The position numbers and the translations under genes are program-made. DNA of 64,000 nucleotides from contig CAVPZX010000002.1 of the NCBI GenBank assembly GCA_963710375.1, forward strand, positions 256,001-320,000, in the 5' to 3' direction. Each line of letters starts with the position of its first letter. The stretch's first letter is position 1. Source of the DNA: Nitrospirota bacterium. GTDB taxonomy: Bacteria > Nitrospirota > Thermodesulfovibrionia > Thermodesulfovibrionales > Dissulfurispiraceae. The notes under the pieces are model-generated. The model worked only from the letters and a program-made list of their open reading frames with translations, searched no databases and was not told the DNA's origin. Positions 28,556 through 37,947 of this stretch are shown here, one piece after another.

Positions 28556-29950
28556 ATGAGACACGTCATATGTCTGGTGTTTATTTTTTTCTTGCTGGCT
28601 TCTTTTGCCTATGCAAGTACATGCACCCCGCCGTCTGGCTCATGTAACCCAACGGCTTATTGCCAATGCGTTGAGCAAAACGCGAACCGTAACCCTGGGA
28701 CTCCAGAGATGGCTTGCGGCCCGGTTTATGGCCCCTGTTCTGGTGTCATGGCTTGCTGCGGCGGCATGTGCACAGATACGAGTATAAACCCGCTCAATTG
28801 CGGTAAGTGCGGTCACAGTTGCACTGGTGGCACCGCTTGCTGTGGTGGAGCGTGCTGTGGTAAAAATGAGGGTTGCTGTCTATACAATGGCAGAACGGGG
28901 GACATCCTTGGCACAGCCACTTGCGTCAATCTTCTCCCAAGCGGCTTGGCCGCTGGTGAGATGGGCAACATATGGAACTGCGGTACTTGCGGGACCATCT
29001 GTCCTTCTGGCCCTGCAAATTCGACCATCACCTGCACGAACGGACAGTGCGGATTTGTATGCGACAGCGGCTATACTGACTGTGGGGGGCAATGCGTGCA
29101 GTGTCCGGGTGGTGCTAGTTGTTCCGGCACTAGCTGCCAGTGTCCCAAAGGTGAGACGGTTTGTGGCGCTTCCCCAGGGAACCCAGGGATTTGCAAAAAT
29201 CTTCAAAATGACTCTAAAAACTGCGGTAAGTGCGGGGACGTATGTACGGCTCCCCAAAATGGGACCTCCACCTGCGTCTCCGGAAAGTGCAGAATTGTCT
29301 GCAACAGCGGCTATACTAACTGCGGCGGGGTCTGCACAAATTTGCAAGCCGACCCGAAGAACTGCGGTAAGTGCGGGGACGTATGTAAGGCTCCCCAAAA
29401 TGGGACCTCCACCTGCGTCTCCGGAAAGTGCGGAATTGTCTGCAACAGCGGCTATACTAACTGCGGCGGGGTCTGCACAAATTTGCAAGCCGACCCGAAG
29501 AACTGCGGTAAGTGCGGGGACGTATGTAAGGCCCCCAACAATGCGACTGCCTCCTGCCCCGGCGGAAAGTGCGGATGGGGTTGCAACAAAGGCTATATGA
29601 ATTGCGGCGGGGACTGCGTGCAGTGCCCCTTAGGTGGGCAATGCAAGGGCACGAAATGCGGCGGATGCCCCTCGGGTGAGACTAACTGTGGCGGGGTCTG
29701 CACAAATTTGCAAACTGACTCGAACAACTGCGGCGTTTGCGCTACCACTTGCGCCTCTGGGACGCAGTGCGTGGGAGGACACTGCACGCCGATTGGAGGA
29801 GGTGGAACGCTCACGGGATGCACTAACAACCCAGTTGACTGTGAAGCTAATGGGCAGTATTGTTACAGTAATTGCAGCTCGTGCCAAGCTGCGAATGGCA
29901 GTCTTTATACGGCTTGTAACGGATTTACCTGGGCCTGCATTTGCAAATAG
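28556..29950 (+). CDS. Secreted cysteine-rich repeat protein (STIG1/MXAN_6577-like repeats)
   Basis: RBS AGGAGG; signal peptide AYA-S; repeated CTNLQ.D..NCG.CG..C units. Confidence 0.85.
   Translation: MRHVICLVFIFFLLASFAYASTCTPPSGSCNPTAYCQCVEQNANRNPGTPEMACGPVYGPCSGVMACCGGMCTDTSINPLNCGKCGHSCTGGTACCGGACCGKNEGCCLYNGRTGDILGTATCVNLLPSGLAAGEMGNIWNCGTCGTICPSGPANSTITCTNGQCGFVCDSGYTDCGGQCVQCPGGASCSGTSCQCPKGETVCGASPGNPGICKNLQNDSKNCGKCGDVCTAPQNGTSTCVSGKCRIVCNSGYTNCGGVCTNLQADPKNCGKCGDVCKAPQNGTSTCVSGKCGIVCNSGYTNCGGVCTNLQADPKNCGKCGDVCKAPNNATASCPGGKCGWGCNKGYMNCGGDCVQCPLGGQCKGTKCGGCPSGETNCGGVCTNLQTDSNNCGVCATTCASGTQCVGGHCTPIGGGGTLTGCTNNPVDCEANGQYCYSNCSSCQAANGSLYTACNGFTWACICK
29219..29530 (+). repeat. Near-perfect 141 bp tandem repeat (47 aa unit) inside the Cys-rich gene
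   Basis: AACTGCGGTAAGTGCGGGGACGTATGT starts at about 29219, 29360 and 29501. Confidence 0.85.
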
Positions 29951-30072
29951 TAAGTTGACGTTCCTATCGGTGGTTCAGGTCGTTCGGACAAATTTTCCAG
30001 CGGGAGGTTGACGCTGGAAAAAGTGTTGGCTAAGTCTGCCGAAAGAAGAACATTTGGGAATTACATTTTCAG

Positions 30073-30113
30073 GATGGAAGACACCCTGCTGTTAGATCGC
30101 ATGGTGTCTTCCA
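30073..30113. repeat. Inverted repeat / hairpin downstream of the Cys-rich gene
   Basis: ATGGAAGACACC...GGTGTCTTCCAT, 12 bp perfect. Confidence 0.6.
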
Positions 30114-30176
30114 TAAATTATCCGACTGCATACAATGAGTATTGTAGGAAATCATTCGGAATAAATTTAAATTAAA

Positions 30177-30260
30177 CTACAAGTCCACCGCTGGCAAATC
30201 CTTGAGGCTCTTCAACTGAAACACCTGTAGGAATTTCTCTGTCGTCTGGTATGCTAAATG
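30177..30260 (-). pseudogene. C-terminal fragment of an ScpB-like protein
   Basis: YQTTEKFLQVFQLKSLKDLP matches the ScpB C-terminal signature. Confidence 0.6.
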
Positions 30261-30623
30261 TTGGGGTATGGGGGTCAGGCTTGAAAACGGGAATATAGAA
30301 GAAAAAAGTGTGAACTGGACCGAAGTTTTATATCCGCTTTCTAAAGACGGCTGCTGACACACAAGGGATCACGGTTATGATCGGAAATCAGCAGTCTCGC
30401 TGAAATCTCGCGGGTGTCAATTATTAGAAGGTGACATCCTAACTGCAAGATTAATTTTAAAAGCGCGGACTTCGGGAATAATGTAACTACATTTCCAATG
30501 ACCACTACTGAGGATCTGAAATGAAAGAAACAAAGTCAGAAAAATGGAAAAAAGTTTCAGAAGAAAGCGTTTAGTGTCTTAAGTTGCGGTGTTATGATAA
30601 ACTAAAACCCTGCGGATACATTT

Positions 30624-32307
30624 ATGCTTAGAGACTTACGCATAAAAAACTTCACCATTATCGACGACCTCTCCATAGGCTTCGGACCCGGCCTTAACAT
30701 CCTTACTGGTGAGACAGGGGCGGGCAAATCCATTATTGTTGATGCACTCGGGCTCCTCCTGGGAGGCAGGGCATCGCTGGACATGATCAAAACAGGACGG
30801 AAGGAAGGACATATAGAGGCCTTCCTGGATAACACGGACCATCCGTTGCTTAGAGAGCTATCCATCGAAAGCGATGAAGGTATTATCCTGAGAAGGACCA
30901 TTGCAGCCCAGGGAAAAGGAAGAACGTACATTAATGATACGCCGGTCAGTTTGCAGACCCTTGCCTCCATTGGCAGGGACCTGATCGATATCCACGGCCA
31001 GCACGAATATCAGGGACTCCTCAAAAAAGAGAGCCACATGCTCTTTATCGACACTTACGGCAATCTGCAGGAATCTGTAGCGGCGGTTCAGTTGCTCCAT
31101 AATGAACTCGCCGTGCTCAAGAATACCATAGCTGAGATGAGAGACAGGATGCTCGAACGGGCCCAGCGTATAGACTTTCTAAGATTCCAGATCGGTGAAA
31201 TAGATTCGGCCCGCTTAAAAGAAGGCGAGAAGTCGATCATCGAAGAGGAGCGCTCCATCCTGCTGAACCTAAGCAAATTGAAAGAATCTTCCGAGACCGC
31301 CTACGACCTGCTCTACAACTCGGAAGGCTCGTGCCTCGAAAAACTCGCTTCTGTAATGTCTAAGATAGGCGATATCGCGCAGATAGACCACGAAGCCTCT
31401 GAGATTTTCAAAAATTTGGAGTCCGCAGTCCCGATGATCGAGGATGCTGCCATTCTCCTCAGGAATCTCAAGGACAAATACGATATCGACCCTCAAAAAC
31501 TCGGGGAGGCTCGACGAGAGGCTCGAAGTAATAAAGCGGCTCGAAAAAAAATACGGTGAAGGCGAAGGAAATATCTTAGCTTATAGGGACAAAGCTTCGG
31601 AGGAACTCGAAAATCTTGAGCGTATCGAGGAGCAGTTGGATGGACTGCAATCCTCACTGGCGTCCAGGCAGGAATCGCTTACCTCGGCTGCTGAAAAACT
31701 ATCAAAGACTAGGCATGCAGTTTCACAAAAGCTGGAGCCCATAATTATAGGCGAACTGAAGGAACTGGGATTTCAGAAGGCGGTCTTCGTCATTGAAATA
31801 AGGGAAAAGGAGTCCATTGCGGCGACAGGCATGGACGATGTCGAGTTCCTTTTCTCGGCGAACCCCGGCGAGACTCCCAAACCTCTCATTAAAGTGGCTT
31901 CTGGAGGAGAACTATCCAGAATCATGCTCGCGCTGAAATGCGTGGAAATCAATCAACAATCTGAAAAGAAAAAACCCCCGTTGCAAAATGCGGAATTCAG
32001 GACCCTTATTTTCGACGAGGTTGACGCAGGCATAGGCGGTATAACGGCTCAGCATGTCGGCAAGAGACTCAAGGACATTGCAGGCAGCAGCCAGGTGCTT
32101 TGCATTACTCACCTGCCGCAGATCGCCGCACTCGCCGACCATCATCTTAAAGTCGAAAAGATCCTTGATGACAACAAAACGGTAGTAACCATTGTTCCCC
32201 TGTCAGGCAGCGAGCGGCGGAATGAGATCGCACGGATGCTAAGCGGCAGGATTACGGAGGGGTCCATAAAGCACGCAGGAGAGCTGTTGGGGGCCGAGAA
32301 CATATAA
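30624..32307 (+). CDS. recN: DNA repair protein RecN, split by a +1 insertion near 31505
   Basis: TGETGAGKS, DIHGQH, ASGGELSR, FDEVDAG, ITHLPQ; 1684 = 1683+1 nt. Confidence 0.93.
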
Positions 32308-32384
32308 TTTTTACGCATTGAAGCATATCAGCCCCTGATGCATTGACAAAGGTAAACAGTGAAAATTAGAATGAAGAAATAAAC

Positions 32385-32615
32385 ATGAGCATAACTCCAA
32401 AGGGGAAAATTGTTATCGATACTGAGCGTTGCAAGGGATGCGAATATTGCATAGAGGCATGCCCAAAAGGTTCCATAATTGTTGATACCCGGTTCAACGG
32501 TGCAGGCTTCTTTCCAGCCTGCTTCACGCATCCCGAAAGATGTACCGGCTGTGCCATGTGTGCCATAATGTGCCCAGAAATGGCCATCGAGGTCTGGAAA
32601 CAAGAAAAAGAATAA
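32385..32615 (+). CDS. 2x[4Fe-4S] ferredoxin, similar to 2-oxoacid oxidoreductase delta subunits
   Basis: CKGCEYCIEACP and CTGCAMCAIMCP. Confidence 0.88.
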   Translation: MSITPKGKIVIDTERCKGCEYCIEACPKGSIIVDTRFNGAGFFPACFTHPERCTGCAMCAIMCPEMAIEVWKQEKE

Positions 32616-32633
32616 ACCAGGGATCGCGAACCC

Positions 32634-33341
32634 TTACCTGATTTTAAATTTCCTGAAAGTGTCCATTACTTCGACTGCGGAAAGCTGACCCGGTGCAGAC
32701 GGCTTATTGATAGATCCATAGGTAATCAGCGAGCCGAAAAGCGGACTGAATACCCTCGACGGCAAACCCTTGTCCCCCATAGCGATAGTGATTACGCCCT
32801 GACTTTTATGCCGCAGCGTAAGCAGCATAAGTCTTATGAAATCATCTTCCTCCTTTGACGTTACCGCTATTTTCACAACATCCGCGCCATTCCGTCTCCC
32901 TGTCGCAATCAGCTGCTCAAGAAAATTGTCAGACGGAGTTGATTCAAAGTTGTGGTAAGAACCTATAAGGAGCCTCCCGTTATCACTACACAGGTCCTTC
33001 GCCTGGTTCATTACATCGACTGCAAGTATCTCCACATCAACTGCATCAGCGAACGGAATTACAAGTCGGTACATAGCCGGCCTGTCCTGAATTTCTTTCC
33101 TCCCGCCCTCTTTACTGTCTCTTACTGTGGCAATAATCGGCTTACCGAACTTTTCCCTCGCGATCCGGAAGACTTGTTCAACGTGTTCCGGCGCAATGGA
33201 ATCGAACATATCAACCCTTAATTCGATTATGTCCGCGCTGTCCACATGCTCGGGCCCAAGACCGTTGACATCAGAATCCGTAAGCACCCCGGCAATGAGC
33301 GGTACATTGCCCAGTTTGCATTTGCCGATATACAAGTCCAT
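32634..33341 (-). CDS. aroD: Type I 3-dehydroquinate dehydratase
   Basis: ELRVD, TVR...EGG, SYHNF, VKIA, AMG...SR, APGQ. Confidence 0.92.
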   Translation of the reverse strand: MDLYIGKCKLGNVPLIAGVLTDSDVNGLGPEHVDSADIIELRVDMFDSIAPEHVEQVFRIAREKFGKPIIATVRDSKEGGRKEIQDRPAMYRLVIPFADAVDVEILAVDVMNQAKDLCSDNGRLLIGSYHNFESTPSDNFLEQLIATGRRNGADVVKIAVTSKEEDDFIRLMLLTLRHKSQGVITIAMGDKGLPSRVFSPLFGSLITYGSINKPSAPGQLSAVEVMDTFRKFKIR

Positions 33342-33416
33342 ATGGAATTAGTATAGTCGCTTGACTCATGAAACACAAACACCCGCCGTCTATTCGTACA
33401 ATATTCTGATAGTCCT

Positions 33417-33704
33417 CTATTTTACAAGCCCCTCCTGCCATCTCTCCTCAAGCCAGGCCGCCTTCGTCGTCTCCCCGTCGATCCACGCCTTGACGCGGAT
33501 TGAGCCTTCTTCAAATTCGTATGCGTCGGCGTTCACGTCAATATCCTCACCATTGCCGTCTTCCTTCTCGTACCAGTCGGCTGCAACCTTCCGCAACTTC
33601 TTTTCCGCCTCCTCCTCGCTCTCCGCCTCGACTATGTAGCTGTGCAAGTACTCCCTTCCACCCCCTTCCTCTGCTATAGTCCCTGCAAAATATCTTTTCG
33701 CCAT
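33417..33704 (-). CDS. Small acidic hypothetical protein
   Basis: RBS AAGGAGG; 95 aa open frame. Confidence 0.7.
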   Translation of the reverse strand: MAKRYFAGTIAEEGGGREYLHSYIVEAESEEEAEKKLRKVAADWYEKEDGNGEDIDVNADAYEFEEGSIRVKAWIDGETTKAAWLEERWQEGLVK

Positions 33705-33875
33705 GATTAAGACCTCCTTTCGCCTTCATGCGCCGGATGTTGGTTAATTATGATTACCTTTTTATGATTACCATTTTAGCATATAATATCGGATCGGGGA
33801 ACCGGCAGCCGGTGCCTTAGGCTTCGTAAAACAGCTTGACAGATATTTCTAAAATCAGTTAAATTACAATAACTT

Positions 33876-33951
33876 GGGCGGTTAGCTCAGCTGGGAGAGC
33901 ATCACGTTCGCAACGTGGGGGCCGAGGGTTCGAATCCCTTACCGTCCACCA
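33876..33951 (+). tRNA. tRNA-Ala(CGC)
   Basis: Cloverleaf, anticodon loop TTCGCAA, G3-U70 pair, TTCGAATC T-loop, encoded CCA. Confidence 0.95.
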
Positions 33952-34057
33952 TCTAACTCTTTGGAATGCAAGGGGAGTAGAGCAGGAAAAACCGTCTAAA
34001 TGGGCGGTTTTACCTGCCTATTTTTAGGCATCGGTTATTTAAAAAAATGGATAATAA

Positions 34058-35875
34058 GTGATCCCACCCAAGGAATTTATACACAAGATCCGTCCCTTTT
34101 CCTATTTATCAGAAGATGATCTGGACATCATAGTGTCAGGATTAGAAGTCGAGCTGTTCGAAAAAGGAAAGACAATCTATAAAAAAGGGCAGCCCTCGGA
34201 AAACGTTTATGTGATATTCTCCGGACTCATCGGCATCTTTGATGATGAAGCAGCTATTGATTACCTTTCCAGTGGTGAAATCTTTGGCCTCACATTACTT
34301 TATCCCAATCTGCTGACATGGACTGCCAGGGCCATTGAGGATACTGTCTGCTATGCAGTGGCTTATCGGCAATTCAAAACAGTCTTCGATTCAAATGAGA
34401 GGTTTGCATCGTTTTTCTCGACGTTGCTGAATAGAAGATTCCGCTCGTTCAAGACCATCGCTTCTGACAAAAAGATGCTTGAGGAGGCCTCGTTCGTTGT
34501 AGAGGTTGAGAGAATAATATACAAAAATCCTGTTATTTGCAGCCCCGGACTGACGATAGCCGGCGCTGCTTCTGAGATGGATGAAAATGAGGTCAGTTCG
34601 ATCGTGGTTGTAGACGCCACTAGAAAACCGATCGGCATATTGACCCATTCGGACCTGGCAAAGGTCTTTATTGAAGGTGATAAATTAGACCCGGTTGAGG
34701 ATTTCATGTCATCTCCGGTCAAGACCGTCAATGCGCAGGCGACGATATTCGAAGCCTACACAAAAATGATCGATGCCGGAATAGACCACATCGTTGTCAC
34801 CAAGAATGATAAAGTCTTTGGTGTAATCACCAGGAAGGACATTCAGATCCACCTTGAACCCTCCTTTTCAATAGTCAAACTGTTCAGAAAGGTCCACAAG
34901 GCGGTTTCCATCGACGAGCTTAAACCCGTATTCGAAGGTCTGATGGTATCGGTCTCGAAAATTGCGATGACCGGTCCGAATTTCTTCGACCTGACCAGGA
35001 TGTTATGCTCAGTTCATGATGCCATAGTGTACAAGGTTATTCGGATCCTTATAGATGATCATGCCGCTGATCAGCTCTTATGGGTCCATATGGGCAGTTC
35101 AGGCAGAAAGGAAGAGATCCTCGCTACCGATCAGGACAATGCCTTAATCTACCTGGGAGATAATCCCGCGGCACTGGCTAATAATATCAATGAGTCACTG
35201 GCCATAATTGGCCTACCCAAGTGCCCCGGAAACTACATGGCATCCAACAGCATGTGGAATCAGCCCCTACCGGTATGGAAAGAGTACTTCAAACAGTGGT
35301 TTTCAGACCCGATTCCTTATCATCTCCGATACCTTTCTGTGTTTCTGGACATGAGGCCTATATACGGAGAGACAGCCTTATACAATGAATTACTGGAATC
35401 TATAAAACATGCAGTAAAAGCCGAGACCCTAAAACTGATGGCTGAGGATGCCATTGAAATCAGGCCGCCGCTTGGGATATTCGGAATCCAGGGTCTGCGT
35501 CAGGGTGTGGACCTGAAGACCTATGGTATTTATCCTATTATAAACGGTGCAAGGGTCCTTGCCATAGATAGTGGAGTTTGGGGTATAACCAACACCAAGG
35601 AAAGATTGGAGGCGCTGAGTGCAAATACGACGATCAGCAATGGAATGTGCCAGGATCTGATCGAGTCGTATGGCTTTCTTCAGGATTTGAGGCTTAGACA
35701 CCACGCAAGGGCGGTGCTAAACAAATCCAAGACAAACAACCTGATAACTGCTAAGGAACTCTCGCAGGTCGATTTGCTCATATTAAAGGAGTCGCTCAAG
35801 ATCGTCTCAGAATTTCAGAAGTTCCTGATGAAAAAATATGACGTCAGTCGAACTGTCATTTATAGTCAATTATAG
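34058..35875 (+). CDS. cNMP-binding / CBS / DUF294 nucleotidyltransferase-like signalling protein
   Basis: cNMP N-terminus, CBS pair, MGSSGRKE..TDQDNAL, DLKTYG. Confidence 0.9.
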   Translation: MIPPKEFIHKIRPFSYLSEDDLDIIVSGLEVELFEKGKTIYKKGQPSENVYVIFSGLIGIFDDEAAIDYLSSGEIFGLTLLYPNLLTWTARAIEDTVCYAVAYRQFKTVFDSNERFASFFSTLLNRRFRSFKTIASDKKMLEEASFVVEVERIIYKNPVICSPGLTIAGAASEMDENEVSSIVVVDATRKPIGILTHSDLAKVFIEGDKLDPVEDFMSSPVKTVNAQATIFEAYTKMIDAGIDHIVVTKNDKVFGVITRKDIQIHLEPSFSIVKLFRKVHKAVSIDELKPVFEGLMVSVSKIAMTGPNFFDLTRMLCSVHDAIVYKVIRILIDDHAADQLLWVHMGSSGRKEEILATDQDNALIYLGDNPAALANNINESLAIIGLPKCPGNYMASNSMWNQPLPVWKEYFKQWFSDPIPYHLRYLSVFLDMRPIYGETALYNELLESIKHAVKAETLKLMAEDAIEIRPPLGIFGIQGLRQGVDLKTYGIYPIINGARVLAIDSGVWGITNTKERLEALSANTTISNGMCQDLIESYGFLQDLRLRHHARAVLNKSKTNNLITAKELSQVDLLILKESLKIVSEFQKFLMKKYDVSRTVIYSQL

Positions 35876-36499
35876 ATGAGAATATCTCGTTCCACAGACC
35901 TGAAAACTGCCAAATTTTATGCCATTGACATTGAGACCACAGGGTTAGACCTTGACAAGGATGAAATTATATCATTTGCCTGTGTGCCCATCATTAATTT
36001 AAAAATTCTTGTTCGGGATACTTTTTATACCCTGATTAAACCTAAGAGTTACGACTATAAGGCAATGAGGTACCACGGCATTAGCAAGGATAATCTTGTG
36101 AATGCGCCTGCATTTGAAGAGGTATCGGACCGAATCCGGAATACTCTGGATGGCATCCTCGTGGGTCATTCTGTAGAGTTTGATTTCACATTTTTAAAGA
36201 CTAACTTCAAGGCATTGGGAGTGCGATTTAAAAGGGATATTATAGACATAGCATTGGTAGAGCGGTGGCTGAGGCTGAAATGGAAAACCGAGGAAAATAA
36301 TTTCAGCCTTGATGGCATGATCGAGGCTTATGGCCTGAAACAGTATTACCGCCATAATGCAGCTGCAGATGCCTTTTTTGCCGCCCAGATCTTTCAGATA
36401 CAGATGCGGGAAATGATGGCGCTTGGAATCGATTCGGCAGAAAAGGTTATCAAGGCTGCAAAGAGCGTCAGGCACGCCGATCCCGGCCTTGCCTTCTAA
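35876..36499 (+). CDS. DEDDh 3'-5' exonuclease, usual partner of DUF294 proteins
   Basis: DIETTG, GHSVEFD, HNAAADA. Confidence 0.88.
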   Translation: MRISRSTDLKTAKFYAIDIETTGLDLDKDEIISFACVPIINLKILVRDTFYTLIKPKSYDYKAMRYHGISKDNLVNAPAFEEVSDRIRNTLDGILVGHSVEFDFTFLKTNFKALGVRFKRDIIDIALVERWLRLKWKTEENNFSLDGMIEAYGLKQYYRHNAAADAFFAAQIFQIQMREMMALGIDSAEKVIKAAKSVRHADPGLAF

Positions 36500-36657
36500 C
36501 AAACTGTATTTAAAACATCCATCAACCCTAAATAGCTAAAACATAAGTTTGATTTTTTAGAATATTTTGTGGGTTAATAAAAGTGATTGGGGGCATTACT
36601 CATAAACCGTACCGGGGGAAATAAAAAGACTCAGGCACGAACAACTTGGAGGTAACT

Positions 36658-36861
36658 ATGCTAAGCTTACAGGATTCATTGGTAATACTGGCAATTGTCC
36701 TTGTCCTTTTTGGAGGGAAGAGGTTGCCGGAAATAGCAAGCGGAATGGGAAAAGCAATAAAAGGTTTTAAAAAAGAGCTTAACAAGCCCGATGAAATAGA
36801 GATCACCCCAGAAAAAGACGAGGCCTCCAAAAAAGATATTGAAAAACAAAACACTAAATAG
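36658..36861 (+). CDS. tatA: Twin-arginine translocase TatA/E
   Basis: LVLFGGKRLPEIASGMGKAIKGFKK. Confidence 0.9.
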   Translation: MLSLQDSLVILAIVLVLFGGKRLPEIASGMGKAIKGFKKELNKPDEIEITPEKDEASKKDIEKQNTK

Positions 36862-36875
36862 AACAGGTGGCTGTG

Positions 36876-37220
36876 ATGGATGAGCAAAAACTTTTAATGC
36901 GGATAAGAAACAAGACAGACAATGAAAAAATGATGATCAACTCCCTTATGTACTTTGTCGCCGATACGGCTGTATTTACAGTAAACGATCTTGTCCGCCA
37001 AAAAAGTAAGCTTGTGATGGCCTGGCTTGAGGAAGAAACACTGAAAACAAAAAACCTTTATGAGCCTGAAAGCACTCTTACCATTAACAAGGTCCTTAAG
37101 AAGAGCGAGAAAGAAGCTATGCTGATTATGACATCGGACGGAACAATAGTGATCATATCGACAAAAGATCCGAAAGGAGTGGCCCCACAGCTCGCAAAAC
37201 AGCAGTCTCACCCCCGATAA
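36876..37220 (+). CDS. Hypothetical protein
   Basis: Open frame directly after tatA. Confidence 0.6.
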   Translation: MDEQKLLMRIRNKTDNEKMMINSLMYFVADTAVFTVNDLVRQKSKLVMAWLEEETLKTKNLYEPESTLTINKVLKKSEKEAMLIMTSDGTIVIISTKDPKGVAPQLAKQQSHPR

Positions 37221-37778
37221 TTATTCGGCTTTCTTTTGCAAGTCCTTTTGTTCGTCTCTTTTCTCTTTCGGTTTTTCGCAAAGGGCATGGAGCAGCGCTT
37301 CGGTATCCGAGTCGGGAGGTATCGGTTCCCATTCGACATAATTGGCATCCTTCATAACCGAGCTCAACACTTCTCCATCTTTATTGTAATCAGCTTCCCA
37401 AAGCACACGGTACTTTCCCTTAGAACACTTCAATTGCTTTTGGGCCACAGTATAATCATAGTGATCATACCCCTTAGTCGTGAGACCCTGCTTTTTTTGT
37501 TCCTTTATCTGCCAGTCAATACCCTTTCTGTCCCTTATTATACGCTTCGTCCAAACGCTGACAATACTTAATTTGGAGAGTTCCAGATTCAATACATTAA
37601 AAACGGTTTTATAGGGATAATCGATCCTACTGGCATCGTAAAAGTACGAAAAATACTGATCCCCGGCATAAGGCCTCCAATCAGCGGCTTCGGCAGCAGC
37701 ACTGCACCAGATACCTGCCATTATTATCACTGCAATAAGTGCATTAGCGCCTGCTGACAGATTGTTTTTGTTTGCCAT
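37221..37778 (-). CDS. Exported protein, surface-adhesin E-like
   Basis: Signal peptide AEA-ADW; YFYD, VWTK, WEPIPPDS..EAL..C. Confidence 0.7.
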   Translation of the reverse strand: MANKNNLSAGANALIAVIIMAGIWCSAAAEAADWRPYAGDQYFSYFYDASRIDYPYKTVFNVLNLELSKLSIVSVWTKRIIRDRKGIDWQIKEQKKQGLTTKGYDHYDYTVAQKQLKCSKGKYRVLWEADYNKDGEVLSSVMKDANYVEWEPIPPDSDTEALLHALCEKPKEKRDEQKDLQKKAE

Positions 37779-37947
37779 AGCTCATTCACCTCTTATCGAC
37801 AGTTCCGGATCATCGCGTCCCGGTCCAAACTCGGTTATTATAACTTAGCCGTATGGAAAAATGCCGCAGCTGGATGCAAAACCCTCTGCTGCGACAATAT
37901 AATAAGCATCTTTACATTTTTGTAGTATTTTGAGTAAACTGTTACTT

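Noticed and set aside
29219..29530. Regular repeats as a possible CRISPR array
   Set aside because: The 141 bp units are in-frame coding repeats with no unique spacers, and no cas genes are present
28556..29950. Multiheme cytochrome interpretation of the Cys-rich protein
   Set aside because: CxxC motifs are followed by G or A, not H, so there is no CxxCH series
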